Part shown: piece after piece, positions 49,881 through 63,799 of the stretch
Position numbering within the stretch: the stretch's first letter is position 1
How the letters are laid out: every line of letters starts with the position of its first letter
Notes under the pieces: generated by a model
Told to the model about the DNA's origin: nothing
The model's database searches: none
What the model saw: the letters and a program-made list of their open reading frames with translations, nothing else
Made by a program: the position numbers and the translations under genes
Origin: Tubulanus polymorphus
Taxonomy: Eukaryota; Animalia; Nemertea
DNA: 64,000 nt
Reading direction: 5' to 3'
Assembly (NCBI RefSeq): GCF_964204645.1
Contig: NC_134025.1
Location: 10,664,001-10,728,000 of the forward strand

Positions 49881-52800
49881 TATATAGCGCAAGTATCCAA
49901 ACTAGAGTCTGTTCAAATGTGCTCCAAACTTGGTATTATTACCCCTTCTAGATCAATTTCGAGGGAACAGCAACATTGAAAGTGAAATTAAGGGAAATCT
50001 TTCAATTTTCAGATAAATTGAAATTAGTCAAACTACCGGTCATGAATTTTCCAAGTTTCAGGGAGGTTTGTTTCCATTTGAAAAAAATATGCCAAGTGTT
50101 TAAGTAAATACCTAGCCAGATAATCGAAATATAGGTGTCCTCAAAAAAGAATCAGCTATTCAGAGAAACAAGACCCTCTTTAAAAAAATTTGAATGATTT
50201 ACTTGTTCAAACATGTTCAAACTGAGTGGAAAGAAGTAAGCCAAATTTTTTTTTCAATCAGCTTCGCCAAAAAAGCAACAAAGTTTGCAGAAAATCGAAA
50301 TACGAATCCCACCTTTTAGTGGAAATATTAACTGTGTATCTGAGACCAAAACCTTCACTGGATTTACTTTGAAATTCAACGAATCTTTTGATGAATTATG
50401 AACTTCACTTCCTTCTACCCGGAATTTGTCATGTAACGTTGAAAGCTTCCAGCTGCGATGGATTAAAATAACAAAACCCCCATAGTGGTTTTTGATAGTC
50501 GGGTTTGAAATATGAACTCGCGCCACTAGTTGGGAACTAATATTTGTGGTAATAGCAGACGTCAGATAAGAAATGTTTGTTATAATAGCCAAATCAGACC
50601 TAACAGCGTTTATTTACAAAACAAATTCCATCTTTGTTTGCTAATCAGGGCACAAGAGCTTTAGGGGGATATCTGTAAATGCTTCGTCCGTATTATGAAT
50701 TACGGTATATTTTGATACAGATACTTACCGAAACACAAACAATTCGAACCAGCCAGATTACTTTAGATATTTCCAAATGAATGAACATCATCTTTTAGAT
50801 AATCCTGCCACGGCACTATTTATTCCTCTCTCGAGTTGCGAGGAGCAGCGCGCACAAGAAAAGAGAGAGTTTGAAAGAGAAGTATAGGGTCTGATATATG
50901 TTCCGTAGAAAGACCCAACGGATATAAATCAGGTATCCACATGTAAAGCTTACAACATCTGGCAACACACGGTTCTACACAGGTATCGAATGCTACATTT
51001 TACAGGTATTTCCACTCTAATCGGCTAATTCAAAACCTCAAGGGGCAGATCAGGAAATTCTAGGATTACTGTTTTGGGGGTGGGAGGCACAGGAGCGCAC
51101 CTCAGGCCCAATTCAGGGAGGTTTGCACCCCAAAAATAGAGCTTAAAACCAAAAAATACATCATTGGAAGACATTAACTAATTTTTGGAAATACAGAGAA
51201 CAAGCTTAGGTATCAGTTCAATATTTTTCATTTTCCCGTAAAATATCAAGGCAACTCGACATTGTTAGCGGGGTGCGAACCCCCTGCACCCTCCCCTCGG
51301 ATCCTCCCCCTGGGAGATGGAAAAGCGAGCAATTGAAAAACCTTTGAAAAAGTTGTTTTTAAGCACATTCATAAGAATTTGAGGTATCCCATAAATGGTT
51401 AAAATAGTGAAAAGATGGCCAACTGGGTTAATGCAAATAAGCAAATCCAAACTGTTCATAAAAAATTCAAAGATACGACCAGTAAAAACGCTTTGAATGT
51501 GTGAAGACCACTTGAATATATGAAAACTGCAATGATTATCTTGTATTTATTCATACAAGTTAGAAATTCTCATTCTTTCAAATGGCAGATGGACCTCAAA
51601 ATCAACAGCTTTTTACTAGGACCCAATATAATGCATAATAAAATGAAAATAATGCAAAATAATGCATCAAACATTAGGGTTATTTTCTGTCTGACTATAA
51701 TACATTACATTTATTTATAGTTCTTTTTATCTGGACGATAATTGTAGTGGAAAGTAGTTGAATAAATGTTTTCTTCATTGTTTCTTTGACCAGGTTAACA
51801 GATACAGGAGCGAAGAAAACCAGGTGTGGCCAGGTGTTGTTACCATGTATAGATCATCTTTGAACAGGAAATCTGTGATTTTTTGGTGGAATGGTTCACT
51901 ATGGGATTTGCACAAGCAATTTGCAAGAAGCATCAATCATAGCTGAGCAGAACTTTTGCTCCCTCTCGCTAGTCGGATGTACTTTATTGCTCTCCATAAC
52001 AATAAAAGCGAAATCAACCACGACTAAGCTCAAATCTACACTCGCCACTCAAGACGAGTGTGATCACTGCCCAAAGCAAAACTATCACCATTAAATGTAA
52101 AGCATGCATACCCATTAGGAAAATGTTGGGCATTGAAAACTATAGACATATATAACGAATCCTACACTAGTATAACGAAAGATGAAGTCTGAAATAATAT
52201 AATGATTCGATGTTTCGACTATAACCTAATAGCAAAAGTCTCTTTATGTATTTCTGCTAATAGTCATCTTCAGGATTAGGTTATCGTCAAAATGATGAAT
52301 CAATAAATTACTAGCTTTTTCGGACTTCATTTTTCTCATCATATCAGTATGGGATTCCCTATATATCATCGCAACACCGACATAGCGTTTCATCAATGGT
52401 TTATATGAAAGCTATAGACCTTTACCTGAAATGCTTAGATATAAAGGATTCTTTAATACCCTTTGAAACACAATTGTTGTTAATTAGTTAATAGTAAGAT
52501 GAATATATTAGATCATTAGTCAGCGAATATAATGCCTTCTACATCGCAGTCTTTCTTTGAACTATGAACGACCCCATTTCCCTGGGTGAGATCATTCTAT
52601 TCATCTCAAAAACTAGCACAAGTACTGGTAGTCCGGGGTCACGCGAGTTTGCTTTTTGCGATGCGCGCGAGCACTCACCCGTAATGAAGTTTTAGCTAAG
52701 CACTGCGTATCTTCTTTCGCGTTGGCTACGGAAGTAGGTTGAATCACACCTGGCGGGATCGGGCACACTTGACTACTCGGCGCTCTGCGACCGTAATGCG

Positions 52801-55510
52801 CGAACTGCACTAAAATGGTCGTGCCCTTCGGACATCTCATGTTCAGCACGTTTCCTCGGCAAGCGTGCTTTTTGAACGTAAAAAGCGTGCTCGCCAGAAT
52901 CCCTGCAATGAAAAAATGGGAAAATAGTCTTCAGAACAAATACTTGGCAATATACCTATGAAATTTGGGAAATTCACGTGTTATCATCATCTACTATCAT
53001 CAACTCCAGCGGCCAAATTTTTAGGGTTGAAAAGATTCAAAATTTTGGAAAGGTTCAAAATGAAAGATTGTTCAATAATAAGGGCAATGAAACTATTTTC
53101 ATTCATAAGTTCCACAGTAGTAAGAAAAAATCATTCCATTAATGATTCCATTTTCAAATATTTAACTAGAGTCTAACCAAAGCGTCACAATACCCATCGA
53201 TGAAATATAAAATTTACATTAAGAACAGGAATTTCCCTAGAAATGTGTCACATATAGCCAATACATTGTCAGGAATGCCTTTTTCTTCGGCAAATTTCCT
53301 ACTTCCTTTGAACGGTAATCAATGGATCCGATTACCGCGATCGTGTTTAGAACAGGTAATGCCACAAATGACGTAAATTCAGGAAATTAATCCTACGCAA
53401 ACAAGTCAGCGATCTATTTCCGATCCGCTTGACCTCGTAAAGAACCACAATCGACAACAACGTCAGAGCAAGATTCGAATAAGGGTATCCGGTTATTAGT
53501 GTGGTTTTTTGGCAAATGTGAAAGTTTTAGGGCTCACAAGGGTTGAGTTTACTGTTTACCATGAACAGCAAAATAACACCACCATCGAAATAGAATACTC
53601 TAAACTTCGCCTAATTTGACAAACTGGGACCAGCAAAATTGGTATGAGATAAGCGAAGTCAGAGTTAAAGAAAGGTAAGATAAGTCCAAGCAAAGTGAGG
53701 TTTACTAACATAAATGCACATTCTAAAGATTATAAACTCAAATAACTCAATAATTGGGTATATCAAGGGACCATCATAAGGTGCGACCATTGGCAAGAGT
53801 GGTTTCATGATAATGGCTTTCTGCCTTAAGATTGAAGATGCCAATCCCGGATATAAAATGTAATTCATAAATTGTTACGATACACGTATGTCTTCTTCGT
53901 TGACTTATAAATTGGAATTGATTAAGCGCGTGTATGGAAGAACTACTACACTGAGAAACCTATCCAATTATGTGTGATATCACTGCGGATATTGAACATC
54001 AACAATAGTCCTATTAACATATAATAATCAAACTTTCATGAGTGATTAGTCATATTCGTAGAGAAGTATTGATTGGGCAAATACTCTCCAGCAGCACTCC
54101 TGCTCCAGTAGATATTTCAAACAAAGAAACAGCTGGACCATGATACTGCACATCAGTAACCTTACTACTTATATAGTTTCAAGATATACCATCAACTTAA
54201 ATAGAAGTTTCTCACTAAGTTGGACTCAAAACTTCGAAATGACTCGCTGTTATGGGTTAGAGCACATTTTCCATGAAGGAAACTAATACAGTTTAGTAGA
54301 TTGAAGCTTCATTTTGAAACTGCTATTGAAACTCCAGTCCAATGGGCCAATTGCTCAATAATCAGTCTTTAAATAGACCATTGAGTCTATTTATTGTCAC
54401 CACATTACCTCCTGTCTTGCTTTTAGTCTTAAATTTCCTTTGTAAATTATTATTCGAAGTAGAAGAGTCATTATCCTTCATCTATACATGTTGTTCAACT
54501 ACCTGAAATGTCCTTTATACAGGATGTCCTTGTTTTTTATCTTAAAAAAGGGTATATTCCTTCTTGATTTAAGGTGGTCCTCATATGGACCGGGGAACTG
54601 GCTCTGTAGTTTTCTGATTAACTTGAACCACTGAAGACTGTGCAAACAGTCCAGGTAGGCCCTATATACCTTTAAAAGATGGAGGTTAGGTGTCCTTTAA
54701 AGTTTCAAAGTCAGTGAAGAGTTGTTTAGATGTAAATATGATAAGCAGCTGGTGAATATATGGAAAGAAAATTTTGACTACCTGATCAACTGAAAAGTAA
54801 CCCAAAGGCAGCTAGTGAGCTAAGCCTACCCCAGCGAGTCTGATGTTTACTACAGTTTTTATGCTAATTTTAACAGAATCATATGAACAATTTCATTTGA
54901 ATGACTTCAAAATTCTTGATCATTTATAGATACATTCCAAAAAATGAACAACTTTGAATTAAATATTCCAAAAATATCCTGGTTATCAATATCAACCTTA
55001 CACCAAAAATACAATAAGAGTATGATCTTTAAGAGTATTTTTTTATAATACTTTTAACTGATTGTTAATGAAAATTTTTTCAATCACCAATTTTGCAACT
55101 GGCGACATTTTAATTTTATTCATATAACTGTATCACATCGACACCATTGTTATCAGAAACTGAGAATACATTTATTACTTGATAGTTGTTTCGAATATTC
55201 AGCTTATCCAAAAAATTCAGAATGATTGAATTATGAAAAATAAGATTAATTACCCATAATACCAAAAGTCCAGCTAAACTTTTAACAGAATGATGAAGAA
55301 ATAAGTACTGGTAGTGAAAATTGGCTAATTTTCTAAAAAAATATCATCTTTTTGGTTAAAACAATTGAAAATGAAAAAAAAAACTTTATAGGCCGAGGTC
55401 TGTTCTATTTTCTTCTTACCACTGTTCCTAGAATCTGGCATCAAAGCGCCCGACATGAATGACAAAGTACTCAACAGTACAAGCCAAATGAAAACTTCAG
55501 TCATGGGCAT
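41815..55510 (-). CDS. EVA1C: EVA-1/EVA1C-like type I membrane protein with two SUEL (galactose/rhamnose-binding) lectin domains. Exons (-): 55420-55510, 52679-52902, 48122-48248, 46209-46364, 45893-46019, 43740-43916, 42341-42436, 41815-42170
   Basis: Signal peptide; [87 protein letters not shown]; TM segment [23 protein letters not shown]; C-terminus RTLNHYYT; phases consistent. Confidence 0.88.
46500..46586. mobile_element. Short palindromic MITE of an abundant family (GGNCCAGTTNCAC ends)
   Basis: CCAGTTCCACAGTTGTGAGTTAA / TTAACTCAGAACTGTGGAACTGG; looser copies near 1669-1797, 4105-4255, 21274-21383, 28957-29054 and 40950-41050. Confidence 0.65.
48256..48611 (-). mobile_element. tRNA-derived SINE with (TTA)n tail
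   Basis: Minus strand: A-box-like GCCAAGAGGTTAGAG, B-box-like GGTTGGAACCC, core CACCCAAGAGTAAATGGGTACCTGG, 3' AGCGCATTTGAAC...GCGCTATAT, then a TTA repeat. Confidence 0.75.
49671..49945 (-). repeat. Expanded (AAT)n microsatellite attached to a 3' fragment of the same SINE
   Basis: About 200 bp of AAT repeat followed by ATATAGCGCAAGTATCC..AGAGTCTGTTCAAATGTGCTCCAAA, matching 48323-48380. Confidence 0.85.
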
Positions 55511-56392
55511 GATCTTCTTCTGTGCTGCTGAGATACAGATGCGAGTTTTAGCTGCGCTACATCTTGTTTAAATCCTTTTTCTTATTAAGAAAACTTTGTA
55601 TCGAATATAATAAACATCCTCGAGTTCCTTGTCTTTGTGTATAAAATCAACAAGAATATCACCCGCTAATCGATGTAATTTGAAATCATTCCGGCTTTTA
55701 CAACAATCACGGCTTGTCACCACCACAATCAGTGTATGTCTACTACAAACTACTATTACTACAACTCTAATCACTTCAATGTGGTGTTCAGAGAGTAGTT
55801 AGTCGGCATTAGATCTACAGTGTCGCCATCTAAAAGCAGATCTAGGAACTATGTTGCCATTCACTACCAAAGTAAACAACATGGCTGACAGTTAAACTCT
55901 AACAACAACACCTCTCAGTGATGATTGAAGGATATAAAAGGAATATTTAAAGAAAAGTAATACAAGGTCCAAAGTAACCATAATCCTCATTCTCTACAAT
56001 GCCAATTCATAGAAATATGTTAAATCTATACAATTTAGGGTTCGCAAGTTTTTTTATTGATGTTTTTTCTAATGAAATGAATTTAATCATTAGTGTACTG
56101 TGTATACACGTCGTAGGCCTATTAGCATTGGCTATTTTCTTTATTAGGCCTCGAGGAGCAACTGCAGTTTCGGTGTCCCTAATGGTTATGCACCTAACCT
56201 TACCTAACCATAACACTATTGTTTAATAAAACTGGTGCCACATAGATAGTGGAAAGGTGACCTAAACTGTAGTTAGACCGAAATACCTCTAAAGCCTAGT
56301 CCAAAAACACTCAGCAGATCCTGGGGCCTTTTCTTGAATTCCCTTGTGAATTCTAAAAAGCTGATCCTATATAAATTAACTTTCAGGTGAAA

Positions 56393-59300
56393 ATGGCTGG
56401 AAAGTTAGCCAGAGAAAGCAGTCTACGCGAACTTCTCGATTCCTTGCACCGAGCCCATAAAAATGACATAAACGATTTCAGCAGCGGCCACTTGAACGAA
56501 TCCAATCTATGGAAGCCGTCGGAAAAAGCTACTCACCAGTCTTGGAACAGCGCGACGAAGAAAATACCGACGTTAGTGAAAAGAAGCCACATTCCGAAAC
56601 GTCCCGAGGATTTAACGAAACAGAACAAAATGAAAGAGACGATGTTGAGTTTCAGCCTCGGTACGAAAGACATTTTACCGTTGCCGAGGCAGAAAGTATC
56701 GCCGCGTAAACGATTGCACGATCGAAAAGCGAGTTATATCGCCGACGAAGTATACGTCGAGGAAGTCCGTCTGCCCGAAATTATGCTGCCTTTAACCGTT
56801 ATAGATAACAAACAGAAAACATCGGAAATCTCCGACAAATTCGCGGGCGACGACGAGGACTCTAAACTGGCGCCGTCGCAGGCGGAAATATTAGAGAGGA
56901 ATCTATCGCACAAACTCAGGCACCATTTCATTCCTAGTCATCTGGCGTGCGTAACGAAAAAGGACCAGTACAAAACGTTCAAGACTTTCGAAACGAACGT
57001 TCTGAAAAAACAAGACGCGCAAGAACAGAACGTACTCTCAGGATACAAAGCCGTCGAACATCACGAAAAGCACTTGAAATATGTAAGTAAAGTAAGGCCA
57101 CGGTCTTCAGCCCAATTGAATAGGTGGACAATTTTACTAGTGAAGTCCGTTTCAGATGAAATGGCTGTTTAAGTGTGGGCATGAAACATTCACTAAATAG
57201 TCTTGACCATGAAAAATAAATACTAGTTTTAATTTGAGATTGGCCCTAGATGTAGATTATGCTGACAGTGTCTCAAGCTTGGTGTAGATGGGTGACTGTC
57301 GATTGCCGGTTGCGGCAACCGGTATACGGTAAAAATGTCCCGGGAAAAATTGTCCCATTTGTAAAGAAGGAAAAAATGTCCCAGTCTACCATTAATAACT
57401 TGGTAATTCAATGAATTCCACATCAAGCTGTCGGGTTGAGGAGTTGAGTTACTTCTTTGATCTTTTTACACTAATTACCGTACCCTTTGATTATCATAGT
57501 TTGTCTCATGAAATAATCGGTTTGATCTATTTTGAGTAGTTATAATTCTCCATCTATGATATTTAATTAAGCAACCGTGCATTCGATTGGATTGTAAAAT
57601 CTTCTTAAATTTGGCGTACCATATAATGTAAATAAACATATATCAAATTATCGTGTTCACTTGAAAATAAGGCTTATTTCTTTTTAACTAATAACCAAGT
57701 TTGTTCTGTGGTGATCTCTGAGTTGGGTTATTTCACTAAGATATCCACTAATCGTTCCTTTTGATTATCAGGATTACCCTGAAATTTCTCTCATGAAATA
57801 ATGGTTTTGATTTTTTACTGAGTTGACACGTTCTCAATAAGCAAAATGAGTTGATGGGACATTTTTTCCGGGACATTTTTTCCCGGGACATTTTTACCTA
57901 CATTCGCGGCAACCAGCAATCAGGACTGCACCTAAGTCTACTCACTGAAAGTTACTTTGGAATTATTCAAAATGTTTAAATTATCGAGAATTTCACATGG
58001 TTGTCAGACATATACTATTGCTCAGGTTTGTTTTCTAGGACTTAGATAATCTTAGTCAACACGGATATGGTCCAAATTTCCATAGGCTACAGATATACAG
58101 CAATGTGTTCGACGACCTGATTCAGGACTGTTCATCATTTGGATATATATTTCGAACCATCAAGGTAAATGTTTTACCCAAATAGGCCTCAATACCATGG
58201 CTACAAACGAGGTTCTAATAGACCTATTACCATTCTATTCTAACCTTGTTAAACATTAAACAACCTTTGAATGACTTTGTCACTATACATTGAGCTTAGC
58301 TGTCGAGTTGGAAGGTTAGATAGGTCGAAATGAAGTAATAGAATCATTTTCATTCCTTCTCCGAAAATTTTCCAGAAAGAATATGACGCATACATAGCCC
58401 ATTTGCTAGACGCTCAGCCCTCTCAACACCAGTTGTTAGAAAACCAAATCGAACAGCTCATGCAACGGGGAACGTCGAACCCGATAGCGATGAACCAACA
58501 GCGCAAACGGCTGAAAGGTCTCGAACAAGAAGCAAAGCAACTCTTAGATCTTAATGATCGGTAGGATTTTTCTGTCTATAAACCGGCATCTTTTTGATAC
58601 CTAGAACTCGAAAGAAGGCCTATTTTTGCGGCAAATATGAAGTGATGTTTTCGGGATAAGCCAATTTGTTTTTTGTATTTTCCAGGCTTCGAAAGCAGAT
58701 TCAAGATGAAAGAGAGGAATTGGCTAATGCTCCAGAAATAGGTAAACGTCAAACCACACAGAGAAAAACCACTACTCCGTGGTCAAACTCCATTTCTGAT
58801 GGATTGGTTGTACAGTTGTTATAAGCCTACTAGTGAAAGAATTTTTTGATTTAGTAGTTGAATCTTTAATATTTCCTTTCTATTCTCCAGCTACGCCACG
58901 GGTGCAGCAACGTAAAACTGCACCGCAGTTAAATCTAGGTGAACAAGTGGAACATACGAAAGCTACGATACTAGAAAAGCTGGACGAAATGAGGACGATT
59001 CAGGAAAGACTGCGCGACAAATATGTTCCAGCGACTGTAATACAGCATTTAGAACAATGTGTCAAAGACACAGAGGTACGCATAGGACAGTCATATTACA
59101 GCCTTATATTAGGCTTAATCTGAATGCTTTCCATCAATAAACAAAAGTATAGATAATACTGTAATGTCAGACCTTACTACCTAAAATCTTTAATCGTAGT
59201 AGTTTTCACTAAATTGAGAATAATTTGACGTCAAAAATACTACCCTAGTTTAATTGAAAATGAACTACAAATTGTTCTGATTTTTTGAGTATTTTGATAT

Positions 59301-60640
59301 TTTTGGGGTTGTTGAGGTAGGAACTACTCTGTAATGTAGATTGATCTCTGGCGCCTGATTTTAGAGATAAGCTTCACCTCCTAACCCTCGGGTTAACTCA
59401 ACTGGTATCGTATTAATCTGTGAGTTAACAGTGGGCCAAAGTAAAATCTCGATTATAAAACTAAGGTAATCGCCTTACAATATATGTCTCTATGCATATG
59501 TGCATGCGGAACATACACGCTTGTAGTTCATAACTAAAACTCAGTATTCTGGGGAAATGAATATATTGCAAACATTATTTTCTTGTCTCAGGCGGACAAT
59601 CACAAACTGACGAAAAAAGTTGAGTTCTATAGGGAAAACATTGAACAAATGGAGAAAGATTTGATCGCTGAAATTGAAGCCGCTGACACGAATTCGAGGG
59701 ATAAGAAGTAGGTCATGTTTATCTGTACAACTTGGAAACTATTTACAAAATAACAAAAATTGATATGAAGACTTCATGAATTTTTGGTAATGCCATATAA
59801 ATCAAATCTAGATTTGATATTGATTATTGATTATCTATGATATTGGCATTTTATGGATCCCTCTAATGGCTGCTGACCCCTTTATCTTCTATGATATCAT
59901 CATATTGCCATAAGATCATTTCTCTTCATATCTCATGATTTCTAGAGACTTTTTAAATAGGATTCTTGAAGGTAAAATTGATGGGCATGAACGAGAATTT
60001 GGCATGTATTTTAATACTTTCCCCACAATTACGAGCATTCCTAAAATCACTTAGAAGCTGTCATACAGTAAAAATTTCATTTCACAGAACTCCTTAATTC
60101 CCTCCGCCAAGAATACTTTAAGGTACCCATCACCAGGAGTTTCATTCGAATGTGTTTCTATGAACAAATGTATCTATCTAAATCCAAGTATTTAAACAAT
60201 TGTTAAATATTCGAGTAAGGCTAAAGGCTAAAATATAGAATATTAAAGACTTTTTTATCCCACAAATTTTAGAACAAACAACCCTTGACCAACTGGCCCG
60301 TAGCTAGGAAAATGCACCATGCACAAATTTGAGAAAATCTTAGAAAATCAACTGGCCGCTACACAATATTACATCAATCATCACCTGAAATCAGATGAGC
60401 AAATGTTGCGTACTTACGTATTTCAGGCGACTGTGGAAAGCAGTAAATGGTGGTGGTTCGAAAAAATTAGAGAACGCAGCGGCTAATTCTCCCCGAGGCT
60501 CGCCGCGTGCCGATACCGGCGGTCGTTACGAGGATCAGCAACTGAAAATGAACGAAGAAGGAAGGGAAAATGATGACATCCAAGATGATGAAAATGACAC
60601 TGATGACGAAGAATCAAAATGGAATTGGTATATTTCATGA
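56393..60640 (+). CDS. C6orf118-like coiled-coil protein (TSNAXIP1_N-type region). Exons: 56393-57082, 58039-58164, 58376-58560, 58686-58741, 58891-59075, 59592-59707, 60427-60640
   Basis: N-terminal LRELLDSLHRAHKNDINDFSSGHLN, then HLACVTKKDQY..F...VL, G.KAVEHHEKHL, RLQIYSNVFDDLI..FGYIFRTIKKEYDAYI resemble C6orf118 as I recall it; GT-AG introns in phase. Confidence 0.75.
57321..57905. mobile_element. Mutator-like (MULE) non-autonomous element in a C6orf118-like intron
   Basis: Exact 9-bp TSD GCGGCAACC (57312-57320, 57906-57914); TIRs built of AAAAATGTCCC repeats. Confidence 0.85.
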
Positions 60641-61314
60641 TTCATAAGATCCAAAAAACTTTGTATAGCAAGAGCAGTTACATGTGATGTTTTGGATGAC
60701 AAAAGTTATGTTAACGTAAATAGGTGCTTCAAAACATCTTTTTGTGCCATAACGTATATTAATGGTAATTCTTATGGATTTAGTGTTTAAATTGATTGAA
60801 ATTTGTTTATGTACAATCTATGTATAAACTAATTGTTGTTAATTCATTATCACTCGCCTTGATATTTTTGTTGTTGTCTAGTACTTACTCTGTTACTAGG
60901 ACTGGTACGTATATTCTCAGTTTACCAAAAAATCTCATCTATTACAAGGAGGAAAAAGCCATTCTCCAGGCCTTTATTGCTTACCTCCAATCCATATATC
61001 ACCTAAGCACTGTCATTAACATTACCTCCTCACAATTATTGATTGACTGCTGGCATTCCCTACTGATCATTCATTCATGAATGGATATAAGGAGTCTTTA
61101 AGGAGAAAATTTCAAATTTCTAGGAGAATCTGCATCAACCTCATATCCCAATTTCTGTAGACACCTGCATCACTTTCATATCCGTACTACTGAAGACTGC
61201 TCCTAAATCGGTACTGTTTATCTTGTTGAAGCGTTTATTCTGTGGTTTTGTAAGCAAATTTTTATCGTTTACACTACCTAACCTCTGCTTCTAATCCGAT
61301 AATCATTAAGTAAC

Positions 61315-62583
61315 TAGGGGTCCAGGGACACCATGCCCACTTGGGAAATGGTTTCAAATGCTCAACAATCTAACAATTTCAATATTCAACGCCCCCTGGT
61401 GACCATTTACAAAAACCAACGACCTTGAAACTCACCAAAATCATAGAACATGTCAGCAGCTACGATTTTGTAATTGATTGTGATAACAAAATATGCCTCG
61501 TTACCAATTTAATATGGAAATACTAAGTCATTCTACTATTCAACGCCCCCTGGTGACCATGTTCAAAACCCAATGACCTCGAAACTCACCACAATCATAG
61601 AACATGTCATGAACTACAACTTTGCAATTGATCATGGTAACAAAATATGCCTAGGTACCAATATAATAAGGAAATACTAAGTTATTCTACTATTCAACGC
61701 CCCCTGGTGACCATATAGAAAAACTAATGTCCTTAAAACTCACAACAATCATAGATGATGTCATGAGCTACAACTTTCCAATTGATTGTGGTTACAAAAT
61801 ATGCATAGGTACGAATATAATAAAGAAATGCTAAGATATTGTATTATTCAACGCCCCCTGGTGGCCATATACGAAATCCAATTACCTTGAAACTCACCAC
61901 AATCATAGAACACGTTATGAGCTACAACTTTCTAATTGATTGTGGTATCAAAATACGCTTAGGTATCAATATAATGTGGAAAAACTTTTTCCCACTTACG
62001 AGTGAGTACTGGTGACACCAAGATGGCCGCCAATTGCGTCATAATAGGCTGATGAAAAATACCTGTCTGAGGTATAAAACATCCCTTTCCAAAGAGTACC
62101 CATCACAAATTGCAATGAGAAATGGTAAACCAGTAGGAAGCTACAGGACTCAGAATTCGGGCAAAAATTAACATTTTTGGGCACTAAAAAGGTCATAGGA
62201 CGGCCATCTTGAGTCCGACCGACCCAATTTTTGTTTCGTTGATGGGCCCTGGGGGGATTCATATATATCCGAAAGATCAAGGTAATTGATCGAAGCGTCT
62301 TCAAAATTTCCCTCAAAAAGTTCAAAAATGTGTAAAAAGTGCTGATTTTGGCGAACAACAATGGCTGCCAGTCAGCCATCTTGATTCTGACAGGGCCAGT
62401 TTTTGGGCTGAAGATGTGTCTAGGGTAGATACACGTGTAACCCAAATATCAAGACGTTACCTTGAAGCGTCTTCAAAACTTCCCAAAATAACTGGATTCC
62501 GTCTACGGACGGACGAACGGACGGACGGACGAAAAGTGAACGCAATAGCCCGCTGGGACTAAAGTCCCAAAGTGGGCCAAAAA
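61315..62583 (-). mobile_element. HINE copy 2 (reverse orientation), 4 internal 154-bp units
   Basis: Reverse complement of 18655-19770 along its length, with a longer (GTCC)n tract and one extra tandem unit. Confidence 0.85.
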
Positions 62584-63076
62584 TATTCTTGGTACCAACT
62601 GTATCGATTAAGTGGTAGTTAACTGTAAAACTACGAACTACTAATTGCAACTTCTAATTGCCTTTATCTCGAAATTGAACGAGTTTTGGGCATTTTGTTC
62701 AGATTAAAGGAGTTTCAAGCACTTTTAAAAGCATTTTCTGTTTTGAAGGAGTTTTTATGGAATCAACGAGTCATAGGGACCCTAGGCTTGACTTTCTTAA
62801 TGATCATACAGCAATCATTTATTGAAAATGCGCCAAAATCTGTCTAGCTTTTTGCATTCTCCTTATCATCACCAGAAATAGCAATACATCTAAGACACAA
62901 TACATTACACAGCAGCTGCATAATTTGCCTAGACAAACATTATGCAAGAACAATTTTCAGTGTTTTAACATCCTAAAGGAAACTAAACTATACCTTCATT
63001 TTCTTTAAATTTAAGAGATTGGAAAGAAATGTTTTCGTGGTGTATAATTATTAAAATTTAATAGTTCAATTCTCTA

Positions 63077-63799
<723 letters not shown>

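Noticed and set aside
49533-49951. Poly-Tyr/Ile/Asn ORFs
   Set aside because: Translations of the (AAT)n microsatellite
55254-55275. Possible small EVA1 exon after exon 1
   Set aside because: The available AG/GT pairs do not preserve the phase-1 junction
61387-61867. Regularly spaced repeats resembling a CRISPR array
   Set aside because: The intervening sequences are themselves repeated (true tandem units); eukaryotic context and no cas genes
61996-62650. 149-aa and 76-aa ORFs with paralogs at 18584-19162
   Set aside because: They lie inside the HINE copies; frames are not preserved between copies and there is no Rep/helicase motif
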